A stretch of 64,000 bases of DNA from Owenia fusiformis (Eukaryota), in NCBI GenBank assembly GCA_903813345.2, contig CAIIXF020000001.1:18166001-18230000 (forward strand), read 5' to 3'. Position numbers and translations under genes: made by a program. This document shows, piece after piece, positions 27,301 to 41,567 of the stretch (position 1 is the first letter of the stretch; each line of letters begins with the position of its first letter). The notes beneath the pieces were generated by a model, which saw only the letters and a program-made list of their open reading frames with translations, made no database searches and was not told the origin of the DNA.

Positions 27301-30300
27301 TATCAAAGATGCAATTATGGCGGGTTGCTTTCGATTTTTTATCAACTTACATTAATCTTTAGTGAAGTGAAAAGGATAATTGTAGGGTACGTCTACAAAA
27401 CATGGCCGACAAGAATCGCGGTATGTTTTCAACACGAGGCAATCAAATAACAGAGTTTTACCTTAAGAAGGCATCGAAATGTCTTAACAGTCATGCACAG
27501 ATGTGAACAAACATGTAAAACATCAACTATGGTTACAAAAATCTGTTAGGCAGTGTCATATTTCACTAAATATTATCAAAAACTAAATCAATTAACTTTA
27601 CCGTGTGTGTGTGTGTCGGCCAAAGGTCATCCTAATCCAAAATGGCCGCCTTCACTACAAAAAACTCAAGTCGATGATTGCCTATCGACTAACAATTCTA
27701 GAATGGACGGTATGGACTTTGAGTCTAATTTCATAAGTCAACGACAATGATCTTAATATATTCGGATAATTGATTCGAGAGGACAAAATTGTTTGGGTTT
27801 GTAAATGCATTCGTGACCTTTGTCTTATTCAAAACAGGTGTTCCGCATACTTGACTGGGTTCCTTTGAAGTCTGTTGATGTTGCTCTGTTGTGCATTTGG
27901 CACGCTAGACAACATGAGAACGCAAATGTATCCTCGTAACAAACTTCAAAGCTCAATTCTTCAACAGACTGATGCATCCCATGATCATATACGTATTTTA
28001 AAATGTTGAACTTGTTCCCATTATATATTTGAAATGGTAGCTCTTGTGTTAGCTCATATCAAAACACAAACAGATAACCCATTTCGTACAGTGTTGTAAC
28101 TACAATATTCTCAAGTGTAGTGTAATTTTGAAGATACTGGTGAGATAACATTGTAGTCATATCAGTATTTGAAAGTTTCATTGCATTTGTAGTTACCGAA
28201 AATAATAATTAAGTCTATCCTCGATTTCACTTTCTCAAACATGCTCTCGGCATATTTTCAAATTTAACGAGATAACGAATTGAGTAAATACATAAGGTAA
28301 CTGCTACATTTTAAAATAATATTTGAACATGCATATTAACCCTCTTTTCGTTTCATCGGGAAATATTCGTACTTTGTGTGAGGAGAAACCAGGGTGAATA
28401 GTTGAACTATAATTATTTCCAGTATGGACGTAGTCGACTAACGTCACTATTCTCTTAGAGAATAAAGTCACTTAATTAAACTTATCAGTGATTTGCAATG
28501 GCCGTTCTGTATTCTACAGGCAATTCGTATCTATGTTCACCCGTCTGGTTTAATTCCCCCATGGACAGCCTGAGACGACTCAGAAATATTAAACTTAAAT
28601 GGGATTGGCATTATTGACCCCATTGCGCCTTGATCGTAATGGAAACCCTTATCCCGACTGTTCCACTGGACAGATGAAAAATGAGGCAAATTTGCGTAAT
28701 AGAAGAATTCTGGAAAACTTGATTAAAGCGTCGATTTGATTAATTATATCCACTTTGAGGACATCATGTAATAAACCACAGACTACTCTTTGAGCATATT
28801 GCTTTTAAGTTCGAAGACAATATACTTTAGAGAACTAACTTGTATCTTTCCCTTGGCTGACGTATTACATTAAGTCTTCATTAGGTTTCAATTTATCAGC
28901 GAAAATTGCGATTAATTCTGATAATTATCCAAACTAATATACCCCTCTACACTTCCTTTAATTTTCCGGTCGTTTATCTCGTGGACATAAACGATGTCTT
29001 GTTCATTTGAAATCTGTTTCGAAATATTGTATCCTCATGTCAACTAAACTAAATTCATCTTCATACAAATATAGCAAACGAGAGCTAGATTATTGGTTCA
29101 TTTCATGTTTATCGTTTATATTGCAAGAAACACACATCAGAATGAAAAAAAAATTGCTGTTTGCTAAATTATACCATGACTGTTTTTGTTTTTGAATTGG
29201 TTTTTGAAATATCTTCATTTCAGTTCTCTCGGGCAATATATTTTTCGGTTAAATATTTGGCTTAGAAATTACCCCATCCCAAATGATAAAGCTGCATCCC
29301 TGATAACAATAATCAAATATTATAATGTTTTCAAATATTTTGTCAGTACAAACTGATACTCATTAAATTAAAAGCCAAGGTCAAATATTAAAACTGTGTG
29401 CCAATTTTGGAATTTTATAACGACATGCATGCGTTATTTAGCCTTGTTCCGGTCCAGTTTCAATTCGTGCACTGTACGTAACGTCACTTCCGTTAAAAAT
29501 CCAAAAGATAGTTATGCCATTTAGATGGTTTCTCTGTTCAAACTTTTTTCATTTGGAATGCAGTACTGCGATATTGCATGATCACTGGCTTGCAAATGAA
29601 CATTCCAAACAAATACTATTAATCTATTTTCAGACATTACTCAAAATATTTGAGTGGAATTTATGTTTTTGATGACAGAGTAATAATGAACACGTAATGA
29701 TGGTATCAAATATACCAAAGGAATAAAACTTTGCCTTGACTTGCATGCATTCTTCCTCAACTAGTAAACCTACAACTGGTTGTACATTTATGGAATTTTT
29801 CTGATTGAATTTGATATGTCATGTTTTCTGGGGACAAGTTTATTAGCAACAATGTGACTTATTATTAACATATTGTTATAATCCCATTGTTAAATGTATG
29901 TTTATGTTGGTTCTGACATCGTTTGTTTATATTGGATTGTTATTATTTATTGTTTGACTTCTGGATGACCCTTGATCACTTTACCAATAAAATACTCACA
30001 TTCAATGCAGATATAAACAGAATTTACTGATGGCATGGGAATATAACGTTTTGATGTTTCCGTGTTTCGATATTTCGCCGAAGTAGCAACTTCATTCATG
30101 GACCGGGAATATTTTCGTCTACTAGTCCGTGACCGGGAATTGATTGCTTTTCACAATCAGCCTCGAGATATCACTCATGTTGGGTCCTCAAGTTGCACCT
30201 CGCTCTGCCATTTGCTTCTTTGTATCTAGGGTTTATATTTTGTAATCATGTCATTTTACTATGCTTGGTAAAATAACATCTCAAGTAAAGGGTCGATTGG

Positions 30301-33300
30301 AAAAGTAGCTCTTTTTTCGCTCCATCAATATATGTTTTTTACATTACATTTACATTGTCTGTCCCACATCATTTGAGACTGATAGCTTGGACGTATACTA
30401 CCTAGTATCTACAACTATTCTTAATATTATGAGTAATTGCTGTCAGTTTTGAATTTATTCTTCAACATGTTGTGTAATGGATTCAGTATGGATGAAATGT
30501 CCTTTGGTATTGTGGTCTCGGATTGTGATATTGGTACTTGAATGGTAGGGGAAGATTAGAAACTGTATATCTTTTCACGTTGGGTTGTGATTTGGGATAA
30601 TTGGGATTTAATTTCCTTATGACATGGTGTACTCTTAGATGTTTTCTATTTCTTGCTGTGTCCTGTTACCAATTTTGGAACTTGTGCAAAAAATATTCTC
30701 TCTGTTGTAGGCATAATGTATGTGAAATTAAAAATATCATCAAAACTCAAGATATGACCAGGAACTATATACCGTTGCTTCTGTACACTCGATATTTGAG
30801 CACTTCATGACAATGGGAATATTTCCTTTAACAGTACTTTTGAAATATTTTAATTCATCTAAATGGTTACAGAGGTAACCACACTGTCAACTGAGGTGTG
30901 TCATTAATAAATTAATTCTGGAAGACTTATTCTGGAGTATAATATAGTTTAGAAGATCCAAGTCAATTTATTCCTCGGAAACAAAGAATTTTGTTCATTG
31001 CTAGGTTATTTATTCCTTAAATTGACGTGCTTGTGGATATAACCCGTGAGTTCAAATTTCCGTATAAATTAAAGTTAAACTAATAGTAAGTTGATATGTA
31101 TTCCATATATTTGAGCAACAGTGTATATCCTGTTACGGCCATACTGAGAACTTTAGGTAACCGCATGTAATTTGCCCAGATTTCATCCACATAGTCGCTG
31201 AAATGTGGAATATTGGTATTATAGTCTGAAGAATATGGCATTTTACAAAAGATTTTAAAGGAATTGATTTTAAGTTATACGACACATTGATGTTTGTAAT
31301 AGTGTTGATCTGATTGTTCATTACCAGTCTGAAAAAATTGAAATCTGATTTACAGCACGTTAAAAAACGTTGAAAATGATGAGCGACGTTGTACATAATA
31401 TTTGTTATTCATGCCATATTTGATTGAATAAAAGGCAATAATTATGATATTTGTCTCCATATGAACTTAAACATCCAGTCGTCTACAAATTAGATGTTTC
31501 CAAATATTAAGTGTAAAATTACTGCTACTGTACTTGCTCCTACATGTTCTACACAATAGATGTATGGAAAGTAAGGGGGTCAACGAAAGTCCATGGATTC
31601 TGTCGTTGTAAAAGTTTCTTTCAGTGGGAGGTCAACACCTCAGCTTATGTCAAGAAAGTCACCCCGTTGACTTGAGAAACTATTTTTCAACCGCTTTCTC
31701 AACTCTCAATCTGCGAAAAATAAGGTATAGAGACCCTACAGACATACGTTGAGTAACCCTCGCACATGTATTTGGAATATATTAGATTTGATATATGAGA
31801 AAAATGTGCGATATTACAAGTTATATTTTAATGTTCCATATACTATTCTTCTACCATTTTTATTCTATTTATATAAAGCTTAGATTCAAGTAAGGTTTTC
31901 TTAAATATATACTCATACACCTGTTCTTTTTTTCTGTCAGTCATCATAAGAAAATCATTAAAACTCTGCATAAGAAAATCATTAAAAATAAATGTATTTT
32001 GAAAATCAAAATGTGTATTCGGAATGTGCTATGTTTTGGATAGGTAATAGAGCTATATTTTGGAATTTCAGTTATTACAACATAACCAAGTAATTTTCCA
32101 AAATGATGGGGGCGCGAAGATCTTTATTGCCCTTGTTACTCTTATTTCAAGACTGATGGGCTCGAGGTGATGTTAATTATCTTTTTTGATTATGAGATAC
32201 TTTGTGGAATTATCAGAAGTGATTTAATGTAACAAGCAATGATCTCATACTCCCGTGTCAAACAAAATATTATGCTATAATAAGAAGCATTTTCATTAAA
32301 AACTGAAAATGTTTGTCGTTTGAACGTTAACCACAATTATACTCTGTCAGATAAAAATAATAAACAAATATATGATTTTGTTATTATATGACAAATGAGG
32401 AATTCGATTAAATTCCTAATTTGATAGGAAACCAGATTCAGATAAAATATTTGTCATACAAAACAACTATTGAAAGTAGTTGCTCAAAATATATTCTTGG
32501 GACATCTTGAGTTAGGTTATTTTCCGACCTAATCTGAAGCATATTAACACATTGGATATCTAACAGCTACTGTATAATCATGTACACCGACATTCCTTTT
32601 TGTAAGAAAGTGGCATCCAAGTACATTCCCATATTTAACACCCATGCCCAGTAAAACAAGGTTGTGCTAACCGGGAATGGGGCAATAAAAGTGATAAACT
32701 GGTGATAGCACGCTCCTAATAGTGAAGATTGTACAGGTTGTCTACGGAGTTATGAGATATTTGTACTTTTAGATATTCAAGTTTTTTGGTGTGAATGAAT
32801 AAATTGCTTGCAATTATCAACAGGAAAATATTTTTTATACTTGGTTTTTGTATTTCTAATTTCTTATTAAGATATATCATGATGAGTATATAAAAAATAT
32901 TTTTATCTAAAAATGTGAGACATATTTTTATATGCAAAGAGCATTGGTATTATTTACAGTATATTGTTTTTCTTGCAAATATCAATTTCATACAATATAC
33001 ATTTAGCTCTAATATGGAGGCACTTACAAGTGCAAAATACTTTAGTATTGGCCAAATATTCATTATTTATTGAAGGATCGGGTTAGCATTTAATTGTTGA
33101 AAAAGTCCCCTAATTATTATTATACTGTGTTGTTTTAATGTCTCACTGTAAACGTAATTGTAGAAAGATATAATGCAGACTGTTCGCCACATAAATTAAA
33201 TATTAATGGTCATTAAATATTGGCAATTCTTATCTTCATATGCTTTCTACATCAAGCAAAATGAATCAACCTATTTTGTATACATTTCTCCTTATAATTA

Positions 33301-36300
33301 TTATTCGATGGATTATTTTTTTCTACTCGTATGACGATTATGTTATTCAAATATTTTATTCCAACTATTCGTTTAAATATGACCTAGCGGACATATTGCA
33401 GACTCTTCTAAGACTTTCCAAGGAAATGCAACGAGGGCTCGGTATGATGAGACCATGTGAATAAAGTATTCTAGAATATTCCTATAACTAAAATGGATGT
33501 CCTAATATATTATTATTGTAGCTGTGATGATCAAATCAAACATTAGTGAATAAGTCATCTTGAATAATCAGAAATATATGTTTTTGATAGAATCTTTCCA
33601 TCAACATTTTTCAGCGGGTAATGGGGTGGATTCAATTCAATCCAATATTGTTTTTACATACATCTTTGCCAAACGCTTTCAAAAATGATGAAGGTATCCC
33701 CTGTATTGAGTTTCAAGTGAGTCGACATACACGATGGTTACTGTCAGTTTGTTTTGCATTCATTCAATTACAATCAATTATAATATTGAATAAAATCTTA
33801 AGCGATATTTTTTATAAATACTTATTTTGTGAACGCGTATGGAACGTATATTTATAAATATGACTGAGTTATGCGTTTGGTAAAGATCGAAAATTGTGAT
33901 GGCAAGTGAAGGGTCGGCGTCACAGGTACAGTAAATTTATTACATATGATAATTCGTTTCTTTTAGTATGAATATTAAACATACACTGAAGAGGATTGGC
34001 TACTTGTATATATTCGTTAATGACAAATGGTATATATAAATAAAATTGCTAAAGTAAAAAGAGTAACCAATTTGGTTTACATTAACACTGTTATTAGATA
34101 TACAAGATATTTGCATTTGCACTTCAACATTATGAAAGTGGAATTTAATAAGCTTTTGGTAGATACATTAGTTGGCGTACAATTACTTTTATCATATATG
34201 AACTCTTGACTGATAACGTTTCTCTATTATTCGTAAGCCTTTGCATTCATGTTGTAGACAAATTGTGTGATTGTCATTTCCAGACGTTATGCCTTCAATA
34301 TAAGTGAGCTGGGATTTCCAAAATGGCATATTAATTTCCGTTACGATAATGTAAAGGCATTGAATAATTCACAATTTAAAATTATCATTTCCATTAGGTG
34401 AAGATTACGTCAAAATATTCACTTGCATGAATTCATTTGAATAGTCTCTGAATTCAGGGATAGATGACTAGTAAATCGAAATTTCAGTATTATCAAATAG
34501 TTTATACCGAAAATGAAATTCCTTTTGTGTCAACGACTATGTTGGGAGTGACTACTCCTATGTTGTTTGACCACCATGTATTGGCTTGTAATGGGCGGGA
34601 TATAGTGTATCAACTCATTGGATTATATTGTAGCCATGTTGTATTTAGGAACACATGTATCTGGTTAACCGCCTACATGGGTTTAATAAATACAAAATGT
34701 CTACCAGATTTGGAAGTGAACACACACTTGTACACTTACTTGAATTTAAAGATGTATTTGATGATTATGTGGAATAGTACAGTATATTCATTATACATGG
34801 TTGACGTCTACATACAGACAATAGATACGTCTTTCATATCAATACGTGCGAGTTATACTATCCAAAATGTCTGCCATGGTGTGTTGATTAGTGAACCAAG
34901 GAGTACATGTTAATGCATACTGGATATCACCATGATCCATCTTAGATTTAGTTTCCTCAGTTTGTATCTAAACGTATGTTGTTTAATTCATTACCTGTCA
35001 TACTAACATATAGTACCCAGAAGCAATGTATGAGAACAATATACTTGTAGAAGTGGTCAGTATGGGTTTCAAACAGTCTAAACTCGGGTGCAGTCAAACA
35101 ATGTAGTATTTACTATAAAGTTCTAGTCAATTTAAATATATCATTAATATAAGGTATGGGCCTATTTATCCGATTTTGAAATGTGTATGTATTCATAAGA
35201 TGAATATGAATATATTTAAATTATTTTTATTTAAAGAATAGAGTCGATTGTCATCATTGCTATTAATAGAAAACTAATAACATGAACTATTTTATTTTTC
35301 TTTAAATTGTGTCCTCTACATTTTGTGTTAGCAGTTTTTACTTTATTGTTTTTTAACAAATTGCAATGACCAATAAGAATCATTTGTTTGTTTTTGTTAT
35401 CTCTTTAGCCATTTATTGCATTTGGTATTATTTCAAATGTTTAAATGAAAGAGCAGAAAGACAACGTCAAAAGAAGAATCAGTATATTGTAACTGTATTG
35501 CAACTTTTAGAAATACTTTTAGCAAAGGCATTTTGTTATGCGTCTTAGAATATTGTAGCCTTAGAGTATTTCATATGTCAACCGTATACTCATTTGACGT
35601 ATTGTACTCAATAATTATATGATTAATTTCAGGTTATTTAGGGACAGATTGTTCTTAAGGTGAAACAAACGACATAGGCTCCGTTTTCTTTTACTTCTGA
35701 TTCAATCCTTGATATTTAGATTATCTCTTGGAAAACGTTAATGTCAACAGTAACCAAATTCCAGGCTAGTTGAAAATTTGATTCTGTTTTTGTAATCATT
35801 GACTTTTACATATCAGATCTAATCCATGCTACTCTTTTGGAACTGCAGGAACATATATTTCTGAAATAATTAAGCTGGCATCTTTACGATGTTGATTTAC
35901 ATAGTTGTCTGCATTAATTACCCAGATGATAGCAGATGAATGTTCAAGGTAAAGGTAACGAAGTATACCATTTAGATCCAAAACATTTTTAAATGTTTTT
36001 ATATTTACCTTAGTATTTTGACGAGTACCATCTTCATCACCGATATATACAACGAATATGCAAATATACAAGCTAATAAAAATATTGTGATATGATATTG
36101 TGAAAATATCTTTACTGGATAGTAGCCTCGACACATAACATGAACTTTATCTTCTTAAACATACGCTATGTGCACTGTAGTTGCAGGGGCCAATACTAGG
36201 ATGAATAATTACTTGTTTCAATTACCCAACCTTCAAAAACATATTTATTTCTAATGTCATCGGCGATAGTTTCACAAATGATGTCACCTGGAAGACAAAG

Positions 36301-36654
36301 GCTGTATATTGTGTCATGTATTGCGTTTTTGTATGCTTTGTACTTACTTAAACTTCAAGTTTCGTTGTGGTCCAATACTCGAACATGTTTCACCATTTTA
36401 AAGCAGCAGAGATGTTCAAGGTTTCACATGATGTCATTTGTGCAATGACGTCATATGCGTACGTTGTGTGATTTAAATTGGAAAACGTATGATCACTCAA
36501 ATACTGAAAATCGAGTTCTTTTGCATATATGCATAATTCCAAGTCCCTGTATATCCACGTAGGTCCCTGTATATTCACGTATATTCATGGATAAGTTAAT
36601 AATCTTATGCAAAATAGTGTGAGTAAAACAATCAACCCAGCTTCCGTCTGGTGG

Positions 36655-36827
36655 CCAAGCTTGCAACTTTCGCCTGTCGGTTACCGGATTAACCTATTAT
36701 TTTATTACCAACTCATTTAGATAGAATGCAATTTTGACAGGAACTATTCATATTTGAATGAGTTAAAATAATAGGTTAATCGGGTAGCCGCTTGTCGAAA
36801 GTTGCATTTGCGAACATACAAGCTTGG
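36655..36827. mobile_element. imperfect foldback / MITE-like palindrome about 2.4 kb upstream of the Antp ATG
   Basis: The arm tgcaactttcgcctgtcggttaccggattaacctattatttta...actcatt (from 36662) is the reverse complement of aatgagttaaaataataggttaatcgggtagccgcttgtcgaaagttgca (to 36806), including an 18-bp perfect block. There is an outer pair ccaagcttg/caagcttgg. Confidence 0.7.
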
Positions 36828-38699
36828 TGAACATTTGAACGATATAATTCTCATGAAATTTTGTTCATCAGATAATATGATATAGAGATATATCAGACAA
36901 ACAGAACTAGATTGAGACAGAAATACGGTGCAGTATAATGTCAAATATGAAACAGAAAGGTCGAGCTTTTGTCTAAGCCATTATGTGGTGTCGTTTTGAA
37001 CGCAAATGTTGAGAGGGATAACGATGAGAAATAAAATCTAGTGCCAACGCCTAACACATTATTTTTGAATATCTCATCCTATAGTTTCTTTTCTCCTTTA
37101 AAAGTAGTATTCATTTACACTTTAAATTGTATCACATGGTACAATTTCAGATAATTCAATTATTCATTACATAAAATTGTGTTCTTGGAGTTTTGGTGGA
37201 ATTTTGTAATAAACTGAATCATATAAGGTATTGGTTTCAAACGGCTTTGGTGATTTTATATTATTTTTCATTGTTTTGATTTTCAAATTTTGCTCATCGT
37301 GATCGTTATTGAATCTTAACTGCTTGGTCTTCTTTTTCACATCAGCCTTTAGCACAGGATTTCATTCTGTGTTTTCTTTAACTAGTCCAGTCAATTAAAG
37401 GAAAATAAGATAGAATGTTGTTTCAGTTGTCGAAAATATGTTTGGGCTACTACATTTGTAGGAAGATAATGATGACGCGTAGCCAGTGTCACATTTGCAG
37501 ATCTTTGCTATCATGACATTTTCAATTGCTCGTAAATTCTTTAAATAATATAAATTGACAAATCTTTTCATAAATCTGTGTTTCATATTTACTACTTTCT
37601 GAACAAAAAAGAAAATGATTTGGAAGATTATGGAAGAATCAAAAAAGTTTTGCATATTTGTCATGAATATATTTCAAGGGTAATAATGACACAGGAACTA
37701 TTTTTTGACAATATAAGAAATGAGAAAACTATTCAATGATATCGCACCAGACGTGACATTGTTTATTATTCAAACTCAATAATGGGGAGAAAATGTTCAT
37801 ATATCATACATGTACTTGTAAATGTGAACAGTTTGTACCCCATAATACTCATGTACAATAATGTTAGTCTATCTCCACTTGTTCTTATCCGTGGTTTATT
37901 ACCCATTTAGTTCAGCAAGGGCCAACAATTATTAGTATATTTATAACTGTTGCAGACATCGAACGAACGTTATATTAACCAAAGTAAACACAATATTTGA
38001 GATAACCCTCTTTAACAAAATAATAATATCATATGAGGGAGTATGTATTTTATTTTTATAATAAAATGCATGATGTATCATGTAATAATGTGATTATAGA
38101 CATTTTATCGATGTTGTTTTAAAATTAAAAAGTCATTAGCAAACTACATCTGCCGGAGTGTCAGTTAGCATATATATATAAATGCGAATTCTATTGCCTG
38201 GAGAATTTGATAACAAACCTAAAGTAAACGAAACTCTTGATTTTACAATGAATAATCACAGTAATCTCAAGTTAACGAACATTTTAGATTTACTACCATT
38301 TTGTCAACTTTATAGTTATCAGGGTATTGTATATACCTTTATCTCGATGAGAGAAAGGCGCTATATGCTCCAAACGTTTGTAAATTTTAATTATGATAGG
38401 TATATCTTCAGATGTTGAAGCACCCAGTACACTACTGACACTTTTATCATCGCTCGTGCTGTCTTGCAATACAGTTAGAAGGCATAAAGGACAATATCAC
38501 TTTATTTTACTGTGTACTATGTAATTTTGCTGTCTATATGATATTGCATTGAGGTTACTGTGGACCTCTGCTCGTCGCTGGTGTATGCCTTGTGATATGG
38601 ATGAAAGCAATATTGTATCCGAGAACAATACTACTATTTAACACTCCTTTTCCTATTGGGGCCAAAGTCTATATTTTTATAAACCAATAATTGTTGGTA

Positions 38700-39215
38700 T
38701 CGAGAGTGTTGTCTGACAAGCTGATATGAAACAGTTTTAATTAAGTCTTTGTCGCAAAAGATGACTGATGTCTTTCCTGCGCGGGACGCTTATGTGGTCC
38801 CAAGAAATATGACACGTCATGTTGTCAGTCATTTGCAGAAGCTTATCACCCTGCCCCAGCACATTCACTGCATACTGTCACTTTCTGACAGCCGACGAGC
38901 TCTCACTCTATGTCATTATGGTATAAATATTGTTCTAATCATATTGAGTAAACACCGAGCTCTTGATCGGGCCTAGGACGATGTCAACGTATCAGTCTGG
39001 TCATGGACGCTTTGGATATAGTCTCTAGGGATTCATCAGTGACGGCACCTGTAAATATACAACAATAAAATATAAAGAATGGCTTTGACTATTTTCAGGT
39101 GGAGGGAACGGAACCTCAGGTGACAAAACGAGAACGTTTACGACAACGTATGTTTTCTGTCAATCTTCACCTTTGAACTAGTCGACTTCCTAGAACCTAC
39201 AAATCAAGGCCAATT
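38700..39215 (+). promoter_or_regulatory. putative proximal promoter / leader of Antp (TATAAAT 38922-38928; alternative TATAAAG 39071-39077)
   Basis: Directly upstream of the ATG, locally GC/CpG-richer than the flanks, with two TATA-like boxes and clustered TGACA motifs. The TSS cannot be determined from sequence. Confidence 0.45.
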
Positions 39216-39732
39216 ATGAGTTACTATCACAACGGGAGCTATATGACTACTGAACACTTCGCAGGACATAATTCGCCTATGACTACGAACTACCAGAACA
39301 GTCCAAGGACAGCAACTATTTATGACGATACATCACAACCTGCCTACCCTAGGTTTCCACCTTACGACCGCCTCGACATAAGGCCTATTCAAAGTAACCA
39401 GCAGCCCCAAGGGGGATATTACAACCAGAATACAATAGCCAGAGACAACAGGGATGACTACTCACACACAAACGGCCAACAATTGTCGCCTATACAGCGT
39501 TATAGCAGCTGTAAGATATCAGATGACACCGTAGAAAGCTATTTGGCTGGGGCAGTTGCCGATCATACTACCCCACTGTATGAGAATAACAATTCTCCGC
39601 CTCTTCAGACGAGTATATCCCCACCCCAGCCTCAAGCTCCCCAAACAGAGACGCCGAATCAGAACCAGTCGCAAAACCAGAACAGTACTCAACAGCAGAT
39701 ACCTATATACCCATGGATGAGGTCACAGTTTG
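39216..39732 (+). CDS. Antp: Hox gene Antennapedia, coding exon 1 (172 codons + 1 nt; N-terminus to hexapeptide)
   Basis: The ORF starts MSYY (SSYF-like Hox N-terminus), contains YPRFPPYDRL (resembles a motif of protostome Antp proteins) and P/Q/N-rich segments, and ends IPIYPWMRSQF-G. A perfect donor G|GTAAGT follows at 39732/39733. YPWMRSQF is the Antp hexapeptide context. Confidence 0.95.
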
Positions 39733-41567
39733 GTAAGTATATGCGATTCCTTTTTATTAAATGTACTTGGGAGACGTATTATACTGCTAAATAGAGCACT
39801 TGGCATAATCATTTATACATGCAATTCTAGATTGGGGGCAGAACTATACGAATCTCTAGGGTCCATTTATATGCAAATTATGACTGATATTGGCCATTAA
39901 TAAATGGATGTCATGACCTCTTCTAGTTTCATTGTACATCATTTCTCCTTTTCGAATCCGAATTCGAATTCGAGTAGGATAAAACCATAACCTACATTGT
40001 ACTAATAATTACATGAGTTTCCCATCAACAACTCTGTCTAGTCAGTCAAATATATACAAAACACATTTTTATGTCGAATATATTTTGTCTGTTAACTCTA
40101 TTACGTACATGGCGTAGCAGAAAAAACAGAGTACAAATAAACCGAATTGTACGATTCCAACCATATTTAACCCCTTTTATGACCCACGATTACTTTACTA
40201 GTTTTTTCTTCCAAAATAAAAAATATACGTGAATGTTATACCAATGTTGCCTGATTACATGCATTAACACCTTTATGTTTATAAAACTAGCAGGTGTCAT
40301 ACTTTTTCTACTGTGAGTCAAATAATGAATAAACGTCTCTTCTGCCATCCATAATTCTACTTTTGTGTAGTAGCTACATTTCCGAATGTTTTGCTTTCTG
40401 TAATTCTTCTCAATTATATGTTGAAAGATATTGTCGTATTTGTATGAATTACAGTGAAGGGACGCTTTCAAGTTAGAACCTAACAAAGGAGCAATTAGTT
40501 CTAAAAAATACTTTTTCTATTCAACAATATTTTCAAAATCAAAGACTGCCACAATTTGTGAAAGAAAATACATGTATTGTTTGAATTAAACAGTTTATAT
40601 GGTATTTCCCCACGTTATAATATATTTTTGTTTCCAATTCTCTTTTTGGCAATATATTTAGATATTAGAAACATGAGCCTTTTGTTTATTTAAATGTTAC
40701 CATGAGTTGGTCGTGTACTTCTCGCAACAAATATGTATAATGATTATGATGGGTTGAAGATCACGCCGGCTTTCCAAGTAATTTCCTCTCATGATGAAAC
40801 AAAATATTTGAACACTGAGAACATTGTAACCCTCTAATATTGCGCAAACTTGACAATTAATAAATCAAAAATATGAAAAATTTGCCCTTCGTACCATCAT
40901 CTGGCACCATCTAGACTAGTCTAACGGTATTTTATATTTTTCAAAAGCATGGCAAAATAGCTCTCTCTCTCTCTATACGATATGATACTTATATTTTTCA
41001 ATTTTTAATTGTTTAATGGATTGATTAATAGATAGATTTGACATTGTACTTCTCTACAGGTAAAAGGTCTTATCACATAATTATATTTTTGAAATAGAGC
41101 ATCGATTTATTTAGGTCATCATGTTCAAAAATCTTTTGATGGGAGCAATGCTATACATTAATTAATAAAAAAAATGCTCTAATATTTTGTCACTCTTGGC
41201 CTGCCTACCAGAATCGTCCATTGACAATCTCATGGGATCTCGACCTCTACATATCTATTTTTACAATTACATTTTCAACATGGTACACTGAAAACCAGTA
41301 TACATCTCATATTGGTGTGACATACACGTATTTAATATGCCTTCACATCACAATTTCGTATAGTGTAAAATATAAAATCTTAACATTTGAATAATATATA
41401 AGATTAAACATTAAAATAAACATTTTTCTTGAACAGATGTTTTGTAACCGACGTATGAGTGAAATGTGATCATTATAAATCCAGGTTTACCCAGCGTATG
41501 CAATAATAGCAGTTGTCCCCCTCCCCTATATTTGAATGAGAGTTGGATTATGAGAGATTTTAGATAC

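Noticed and set aside
34464-34913. 149-aa ORF, and other 60-140-aa ORFs in the track
   Set aside because: Composition typical of random AT-rich sequence; no domains or splice-consistent structure.
39733-39794. ORF-track extension GKYMRFLF... resembling the Drosophila Antp GKCQ alternative-donor insert
   Set aside because: This is read-through into the intron (GK comes from the GTAAG donor itself); there is no in-frame GT 12 nt downstream.
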